Assembly: GCA_963746845.1 (NCBI GenBank)
Contig: CAVVCZ010000005.1
Coordinates: forward strand, 224,001 to 288,000
DNA length: 64,000 nt
Source of the DNA: an uncultured Chloroflexia bacterium
GTDB lineage: Bacteria; Chloroflexota; Limnocylindria; Limnocylindrales; CSP1-4
Reading direction: 5' to 3'
Shown: one piece after another, positions 58,112-64,000 of the stretch
How positions within the stretch are numbered: position 1 is the stretch's first letter
Layout of the letters: every line of letters starts with the position of its first letter
The notes under the pieces: model-generated
Database searches by the model: none
Seen by the model: the letters and a program-made list of their open reading frames with translations, nothing else
What the model was told of the DNA's origin: nothing
Program-made: the position numbers and the translations under genes

Positions 58112-60571
58112 ATGACCCCTTCGCCGCCCCATCGGCCGGTCCCGGCGGACCCGTCGCCGGCCGTTGCCACGCCCGGAGCCTCGATCCTCGTCGGGCTCGT
58201 CCGCCTGATCGGGGTCGTCGCGATCGTGATCGGGCTCCTCGAGGGCCTCGCCGGGATCACCTACCGCGAGCCGCGGGCGGTCCTGCTCGGGCTGACGGCC
58301 ACGACCTACGGGATCTGGGTCGCCTCACGGGCCGGCGGCCTGACCGGCCCGCAGCGCGAGTCGACGATCACCCGGATCGCCGTGCTGACCCTCGCCTTGA
58401 TCGGCCTGGCGGCGACCCTTCAGCCGTCGATGGCCACGGCGATGGCGATCGCGTCCCTCCTGCCGGCGGTCATCGTCACTCCGCTCGTCTCGAGCCGGAC
58501 CGTCCTCCGCCTCCTGATCGCCAGCGGGGTCGTCGGGGCCTGGAGCGTCTTCGTCGGTGCCCTGCTGCCGGACCCGAACCGGCTGCCCCTCACGGCGCAG
58601 ACGGCGTTCGCGTTCGTGACGCTCGTCCTCGCCTACACCTTCCTGATCATGTTCCTGTGGGAGGTCAGCCGACGCCTGAAGGACACCGCGGCGGACCTCC
58701 GCAGCGTCATCGCGATGTCCGGCGACCTGGCCCAGTCGCTCGACCCGCGCCTGGTCGGCGACCGGATCGCCGTCCACATCGCCCGCGCGGTCGGCGCCGA
58801 CGATTGCGCGCTGAGCTACTGGGACCGGACGACGAACCGGGTCGTGACCCTCGGCTACGAACCGCCGGAGCGGCGCGGCGCCCTGAACGAGACGTACGCC
58901 GTCGATGACTACCCGGCGACGCGCGAGGTGCTCGAGACGCAGCGCCCGACGCGGATCGACGTCGACGACAAGACCGCCGACCCGGCCGAGGTGCGCTACC
59001 TGGCGGAGATCGGCCATCGCTCGATGGCGATGGTGCCGCTCGTCGCTGCCGGCCGAACGGTCGGCTTGATCGAGGTGACGGCCGCGCGACGCCGGGCGTT
59101 CGGCGACCGCGCCGTCGAGCTCGCGACGATGCTCGCGGGCGAGGCGGCGATGGCCCTCGAGAACGCCCGCCTGTACGACCAGATCCGGCACCAGGCCCTT
59201 CACGACGGGCTGACCGGGCTCGCGAACCGCGTCCTGTTCCGCGACCGGGTCGAGCACGCGGTCGAGCGCAGCCGGCGCGCCGGCGGCCAGCTGGCGCTGC
59301 TCTTCATCGACCTCGACGACTTCAAGACCCTCAACGACACCCACGGCCATGCCCGCGGCGACGACGTGCTCTCGACGGTCTCGGGCCGCCTGCTCGGCGT
59401 GCTGCGGCCGGTCGACACGGCCGCGCGTCTGGGCGGCGACGAGTTCGCGGTGCTCCTCGAGGACGTGACCAGCGAGGCCGATGCGTTGGCGGTCGCGACG
59501 CGGATCGCCGAGTCGTTCCGTCAGCCCCTCCTCTTCGACGACGTGCCGATCCGCGTCGCCGCGAGCATCGGCGTCGCGATCGGGCGTGGACCCGAGACCG
59601 CCGACGACCTGCTCCGCAACGCGGACGTCGCGATGTACGCGGCGAAGCAGTCGTCCCGCGGCGGAGCCGAGATCTTCCGGCCGAGCCTCCGCGACGGCGC
59701 CGCCGAGCGGGCGGCCCGGGCGGAGCGCCTCCGCGGCGTCGAGCAGCGCGACGAGCTCCGGCTCGACTTCCAGCCGATCGTCGACCTGGCGACGACGGCC
59801 ATCGTCGCGGTGGAGGCGCTCGTGCGCTGGCAGCCGCCGGACGGCCCGGTGCTCATGCCGGGTGAGTGGATCGACCTTGCCGAGGAGAGCGGAGACATCG
59901 TCCCGATCGGACGCTGGATCCTGCGCGAGGCGTGCCGCCAGGCCCGCGACTGGCAGATCCGCCTCGACCGCCCGGATCTCCGCGTCAGCGTGAACCTGTC
60001 CGCCCGCCAGTTCGCCGAGCACGACATCCTCGCGACGGTCCGGACCGTCCTCGACGAGACGGGCCTGCCGCCGGCCAGCCTGATCCTCGAGATCACGGAG
60101 AGCGGACTGATGCGCCGCACGGCGTCCACGATCGCGCGGCTGTCCGAGCTCCGCGAGCTGGGCTGCCATCTCGCGATCGACGACTTCGGGACCGGCTACT
60201 CGTCATTGAGCTACCTCGAGCGCTTCCCGATCGACATCCTGAAGATCGACCGGACCTTCGTGTCGTCGACCGGTGCCGGCGCATCGCCGATCGCCCGGGC
60301 CGTCATCGACCTGGGTCGGACGCTCCACCTCGAGGTCATCGCCGAGGGGATCGAACACGCCGAGCAGGCCCGCTGGCTGGCCGACCTCGGGTGCCGCTAC
60401 GGCCAGGGCTTCCTGTACGCCCGACCGGTGAGCGCCGCGGCGCTCGAGGCGCTGCTCGCCGAGGGCGCGGGGCTCGCCGGTCCGACCGACGGCCAGGCCG
60501 GCGGCACCCGCGGCGGCGAACCCGATCGGGAGGCGCCGCGGCTGCGGCTGGTCAGCGGAGACGACCGCTAG
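58112..60571 (+). CDS. Multi-TM + GAF + GGDEF + EAL protein
   Basis: ~6 TMs, GAF, HDGLTGLANR, RPVD I-site, GGDEF, VEALVRW, DDFGTGYSS, LKIDR, EGIE; start 58112 or 58082. Confidence 0.92.
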   Translation: MTPSPPHRPVPADPSPAVATPGASILVGLVRLIGVVAIVIGLLEGLAGITYREPRAVLLGLTATTYGIWVASRAGGLTGPQRESTITRIAVLTLALIGLAATLQPSMATAMAIASLLPAVIVTPLVSSRTVLRLLIASGVVGAWSVFVGALLPDPNRLPLTAQTAFAFVTLVLAYTFLIMFLWEVSRRLKDTAADLRSVIAMSGDLAQSLDPRLVGDRIAVHIARAVGADDCALSYWDRTTNRVVTLGYEPPERRGALNETYAVDDYPATREVLETQRPTRIDVDDKTADPAEVRYLAEIGHRSMAMVPLVAAGRTVGLIEVTAARRRAFGDRAVELATMLAGEAAMALENARLYDQIRHQALHDGLTGLANRVLFRDRVEHAVERSRRAGGQLALLFIDLDDFKTLNDTHGHARGDDVLSTVSGRLLGVLRPVDTAARLGGDEFAVLLEDVTSEADALAVATRIAESFRQPLLFDDVPIRVAASIGVAIGRGPETADDLLRNADVAMYAAKQSSRGGAEIFRPSLRDGAAERAARAERLRGVEQRDELRLDFQPIVDLATTAIVAVEALVRWQPPDGPVLMPGEWIDLAEESGDIVPIGRWILREACRQARDWQIRLDRPDLRVSVNLSARQFAEHDILATVRTVLDETGLPPASLILEITESGLMRRTASTIARLSELRELGCHLAIDDFGTGYSSLSYLERFPIDILKIDRTFVSSTGAGASPIARAVIDLGRTLHLEVIAEGIEHAEQARWLADLGCRYGQGFLYARPVSAAALEALLAEGAGLAGPTDGQAGGTRGGEPDREAPRLRLVSGDDR

Positions 60572-61033
60572 AACGGCTTCAGCACCATCAGCCAGACGAG
60601 CACGATCAGCCCGCCGAGCCCGACGAGCGCCAGTGCCTCGGGCCGCCGGTTGTCGACGCGTCGGGCGAGCTCCGCACGGTCGATCGGAGCCACACCGTCC
60701 TTCCCTGCGAGCGCCTCGCGGAGCGGGTAGTAGAACCCGGCGCCGAGGGCCCACATCCCGACGAGCACGGCGATCAGGACGACGTACGAGGCCACGACCC
60801 AGCCGGCGAGCAGCATGTTGGCGTTCCAGGCCGCGCCGAGCCCGCCGACCGACGAGGAGGAGCAGGCCGAGGTACATCGTCTGGTTCCCTCGCGACGACA
60901 TCGCCAGCAGCAGCCGGGCGGTGTCCGGGTCCGGGTTGCGCCGGACCGCGAACACGGCCCACATCGACACCCCGTGGAGGAACACGAACAGGACGAGTCC
61001 GACCAGGTGGACGAACACGAGCCACTGGTACAT
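60568..61033 (-). pseudogene. DUF2269-like 4-TM membrane protein with frameshift near 60848
   Basis: MYQWLVFVH...LLLLV | GGLGAAW...WLMVLKPF; span 3n+1; SD GGGAGG. Confidence 0.65.
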
Positions 61034-61141
61034 GGGCAGCCCTCCCGAGCCGTCGTACCTCCCGACGGATCAGCCCGAGTCTAGCCGCGGCGTCGACCGC
61101 CCGACACGCTCCCCAGGCTCGGTACGCGCACCCCCCGGGAC

Positions 61142-61307
61142 GTGCGCAACGCAACCGGGGTGAGCACTACGCACTCGTGCGGGGCACGGCGCCGGTCAAA
61201 GCGTCCGGAACGCCAACCACGGTTGCGTTCCGGACCCCTTGCGCCGCCCAAGCCGCCGTCGACGGCGCGTGCGGGTCCGTAGTGCAACCGTGAGTTGCAT
61301 ACCGGAC
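61142..61307. repeat. ~166-bp element with imperfect terminal inverted repeats, copy B
   Basis: GGGGTGAGCACTACGCAC left, CGTAGTGCAACC right; same termini as 50007-50169 but different interior. Confidence 0.6.
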
Positions 61308-61350
61308 CAATCGCCTCGCCGTGAGCGAGCGCCGCGAGCCTGCGGTCGGC

Positions 61351-62520
61351 CTAGAGGTTGCCCCGCCGGGCCTGTTCGATCTCGATCGCCTCGAAGAGCG
61401 CCTTGAAGTTGCCGACCCCGAACCCGCGCGATCCGTGCCGCTCGATGATCTCGAAGAAGAACGTCGGGCGGTCCTGGATCGGCCTGGTGAAGATCTGGAG
61501 GAGGTAGCCCTCCTCGTCGCGGTCGGCCTCGATCCCGAGCTCCTCGAGCGTCTCGATCGGCACGCCGACGTCGCCGACCCGGTCGGCGAGCTGCTCGTAG
61601 TAGGCGTGGGGCATCCCGAGGAACTCGACACCCAGCCCGCGCAGCGTTCGGACGGTCCCGACGATGTCCTCGGTCCGCAGGGCGACGTGCTGTGTCCCGG
61701 CCTCGCCGTAGTAGTCGATGAACTCCTGGATCTGGCTCTTCTTCTTGCCGGCCGCCGGCTCGTTGATCGGGAACTTCACCCGCCCGTTGCCGTTGGTCAT
61801 CACCTTCGACATCAGGGCGCTGTACTCGGTGTGGATGACCTTGTCGTCGTAGTGGATGAGCTGGGCGAAGCCGAAGACGTCGCGGTAGTAGTCGACGAAC
61901 CGGTTCATGTCGCCGAGCTCGACGTTGCCGACGCAGTGGTCGATCTCCAGCAGGCTCATGCCCGTCGCCGCGGGCGCCGGCTTCTTCACCTTCCGGAAGC
62001 CCGGGGCGAAGACGCCGTGGTAGTCGTTCCGGTCGATGAAGCTGTGGCGGACAGAGCCGTAGGTGAACACCGCCGACCGACGGAGGACGCCGTCCTCGCC
62101 GCCGTCCAGCTCGACCGGCTCGATGGCCGCCTTGGCGCCCCGCTTCGTCGTCTCGGCGAACGACGATGTCGCGTCGTCGACGAGGAAGGCGATGTCCTTC
62201 ACGCCGTCGCCGTGCTCGTGGACGTGGGCGGCGATCTCGCTGTCCGGACCGAGCGCACCAGTGAGGACGATCGTGATGTCGTTCCGCCGCATCACGTAGC
62301 TCGTCCGGTCACGGACGCCGGTCTCGAGGCCGGCGTAGGCAATCGGGGTGAAGCCCCACAGCGTCCGGAAGTAGTGCGCCGACTGGCGGGCGTTGCCGAC
62401 CCAGAACTCGACGTGGTCGATGCCCTTGAGGGGCAGGAAGTCCTGGGCCTCGTCGTAGGCGTTCTTGTTGACGTGGGCACCCGCCTGGTTGGCGGCCCCC
62501 CGTGGGAGCGTGTCGGTCAT
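61351..62520 (-). CDS. hppD: 4-hydroxyphenylpyruvate dioxygenase
   Basis: IDHVEF, IDHCVGN, KSQIQEF, QHVAL, LLQIFT, FFEIIER, GFGVGNFKALF. Confidence 0.95.
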   Translation of the reverse strand: MTDTLPRGAANQAGAHVNKNAYDEAQDFLPLKGIDHVEFWVGNARQSAHYFRTLWGFTPIAYAGLETGVRDRTSYVMRRNDITIVLTGALGPDSEIAAHVHEHGDGVKDIAFLVDDATSSFAETTKRGAKAAIEPVELDGGEDGVLRRSAVFTYGSVRHSFIDRNDYHGVFAPGFRKVKKPAPAATGMSLLEIDHCVGNVELGDMNRFVDYYRDVFGFAQLIHYDDKVIHTEYSALMSKVMTNGNGRVKFPINEPAAGKKKSQIQEFIDYYGEAGTQHVALRTEDIVGTVRTLRGLGVEFLGMPHAYYEQLADRVGDVGVPIETLEELGIEADRDEEGYLLQIFTRPIQDRPTFFFEIIERHGSRGFGVGNFKALFEAIEIEQARRGNL

Positions 62521-62664
62521 CTCCGCGGCTCTCCGTGCGGCTCCGCGGCGGCGACCGCGCCCGGAGGCCCGTGCGGACGGCCGGCGCGCCACGGAACGGC
62601 GACCCGGCACGTGCCGGGATGGTCTGGCCATCCATGCTACGCCGACGCGTGCCAGACTGAGCGG

Positions 62665-63165
62665 ATGAACGAGATCGCCGGCCGGCTCCGCGACGCGGGC
62701 ACCGAGCTCCTGGACCTGCGCGGACCGCTGGTCGCGGGCGAGCCCTGGCCGCTGAGCGCCGCCTACGGCACCGAGCCGGAGGCCGACTGGGGACCGCGCG
62801 AGGTCCTCGCCCACGTGAACGAGATGCTCCCGTACTGGACCGCCCAGCTGCGGGACGTGCTCGCGGGCGACCCGGCGACGGCCGTCCCGTTCGGGCGGGT
62901 CGCCACGGATCCGGCGCGCCTGGGCCGGATCGCGGCGGACCGGAAGCTGACAGCCGGCGAGCTGCTCGACGGGATCGACGCCGGGCTCGTGACCGCCACC
63001 ACGTTCGTGAGTGGGCTGACCCCGGTCGATCTCGGCCGGCGCGGACTTCACCCGGCGCGCGGCGAGATGACGATCGAGGCAGCGCTCGAGCCATTCCTCG
63101 TCGGCCACCTCGAGGGTCACGTCGTCCAGCTGCGGGAGATCCTCGCCCGCCGCGTCCCGGCCTGA
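62665..63165 (+). CDS. DinB/YfiT superfamily protein
   Basis: WGPREVLAHVNE...GHLEGHVVQL three-His pattern; divergent from hppD. Confidence 0.78.
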   Translation: MNEIAGRLRDAGTELLDLRGPLVAGEPWPLSAAYGTEPEADWGPREVLAHVNEMLPYWTAQLRDVLAGDPATAVPFGRVATDPARLGRIAADRKLTAGELLDGIDAGLVTATTFVSGLTPVDLGRRGLHPARGEMTIEAALEPFLVGHLEGHVVQLREILARRVPA

Positions 63166-63357
63166 TCCGTCGCCCCCGGATCGCCGCCGCGGGGCCGGTA
63201 ACCGAGCCAAATTTGGTGCCCGGATGCCACGATCCCGTGCTCAACAGGACCTTCGGCGGGGCGGTCATGGTACCCACGGGCTATTCCCGCCAAACCCCCG
63301 AGGACCGTACGGTCCCTTTCCGCGCGCGTCCGGGAGGCGCGAAGGAGGGATCGTCCA

Positions 63358-63456
63358 ATGCAGAAGGTCAAGTCGCTGGGGTTCAGGATCGTATTGGTCC
63401 TGTCCGCGCTTGCCAGCTCGGCACTCGTGCTCGAAGCCGGCCAGCGCTGGCGCTGA
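63358..63456 (+). CDS. Small signal-peptide-like protein P3 (32 aa, ends EAGQRWR)
   Basis: SD GAAGGAGG; MQKVKSLGFRIVLVLSALASSALVLEAGQRWR; paralog of 7889-7993. Confidence 0.82.
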   Translation: MQKVKSLGFRIVLVLSALASSALVLEAGQRWR

Positions 63457-63570
63457 ACCCACACCGTCCCGCGACTTCGGACTCATCCGGCGGGCCTCCG
63501 ACCGCCACCGCGCCTCGGCGCAACCGACGAGCCGCCCGTCCTCCACGGGCGGCTCTTCGATTCCCGGGGA

Positions 63571-64000
63571 TCAGTGGTCGCGGCCCTCGCGCAGGACGCT
63601 CCGCAGCACGAACGCGACGTTCGCCGGCCGCTCCGCCAGCCGCCGCATGAAGTACGGGTACCACTGCGTCCCATAGGGGACGTACACCCGGACACCGAAG
63701 CCGGCCTTCACGAGCCGCTCCTGCAGGTCGCGCCGCACGCCGTACAGCATCTGGAACTCGAACCGCTCCGGCGCGATCCCGTGCTCGCGAACGAAGGCCA
63801 CCGCGCGTCCGATCAGCCGCTCGTCGTGGGTCGCGAGCGCCGGGAACTCGCCCTCGGCGAGCAGCCGCTCCATCAGCTCGCCATACGCCTTGTCGACATC
63901 CGGCTTGTCCGGGAACGCGACGGCCGCGGGCTCGACGTACGCGCCCTTGCACAGCCGGACCCGTGCCCGCTCGACGATCAGCCCCTCGATGTCGGCGCCG
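63571..64000 (-). CDS. Proline dehydrogenase (C-terminal part; starts beyond window)
   Basis: RLCKGAY, ATHD, FEFQMLYG, YVPYG, YFMRRLAERPAN. Confidence 0.92.
   Translation of the reverse strand, partial: GADIEGLIVERARVRLCKGAYVEPAAVAFPDKPDVDKAYGELMERLLAEGEFPALATHDERLIGRAVAFVREHGIAPERFEFQMLYGVRRDLQERLVKAGFGVRVYVPYGTQWYPYFMRRLAERPANVAFVLRSVLREGRDH

Noticed and set aside
61321-62664. N-terminal part of the 614-aa plus-strand ORF
   Set aside because: It is antisense to hppD; only 62665-63165 is the DinB-like gene.
63166-63357. Second GEMM riboswitch upstream of P3
   Set aside because: Only a GCCAAACC fragment and a GGACCGTACGGTCC palindrome are present; GACGCAAAGC and P3-stem features are absent.
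1-64000. rRNA, tRNA, transposase, integrase or prophage genes
   Set aside because: None recognised; nearly all sequence is explained by protein-coding genes and short intergenic elements.

Overview
Very GC-rich bacterial chromosome segment. Gene content and lineage-typical hypotheticals suggest Chloroflexota (Ca. Limnocylindria-like); this is inference only. Housekeeping content: an ilvB-ilvN-ilvC-leuA-leuB-cimA operon with a Leu-rich attenuator, leuCD, ilvD, fabD-fabF-fabF, a peptide ABC transporter lacking ATPases, CopA fused to a cupredoxin, CBS-korAB-CBS, two ECF sigma/anti-sigma pairs, tyrosine catabolism (hppD, hmgA, FAH) and a partial proline dehydrogenase. The best candidate for an undescribed system is at 7.8-12.3 kb (minus strand): two DUF5317-type membrane proteins with signal-peptidase-II-like Asp motifs flank a membrane-sensor GAF-GGDEF-EAL gene. 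These are followed by a c-di-GMP-I riboswitch upstream of two tiny signal-peptide-like ORFs ending AG-x-RW. A third orphan copy at 63358-63456 shares 13 identical residues with only synonymous DNA differences. This looks like a peptide-signal (quorum-sensing-like) circuit wired to c-di-GMP with riboswitch feedback; function is inferred, not shown. A second candidate is a Crp - GAF - cytoplasmic S8 protease operon converging on a repeat peptide (NDV(E/Q)GH...). Several single-base frameshifts suggest assembly indel errors. No rRNA, tRNA, CRISPR or transposase was recognised.
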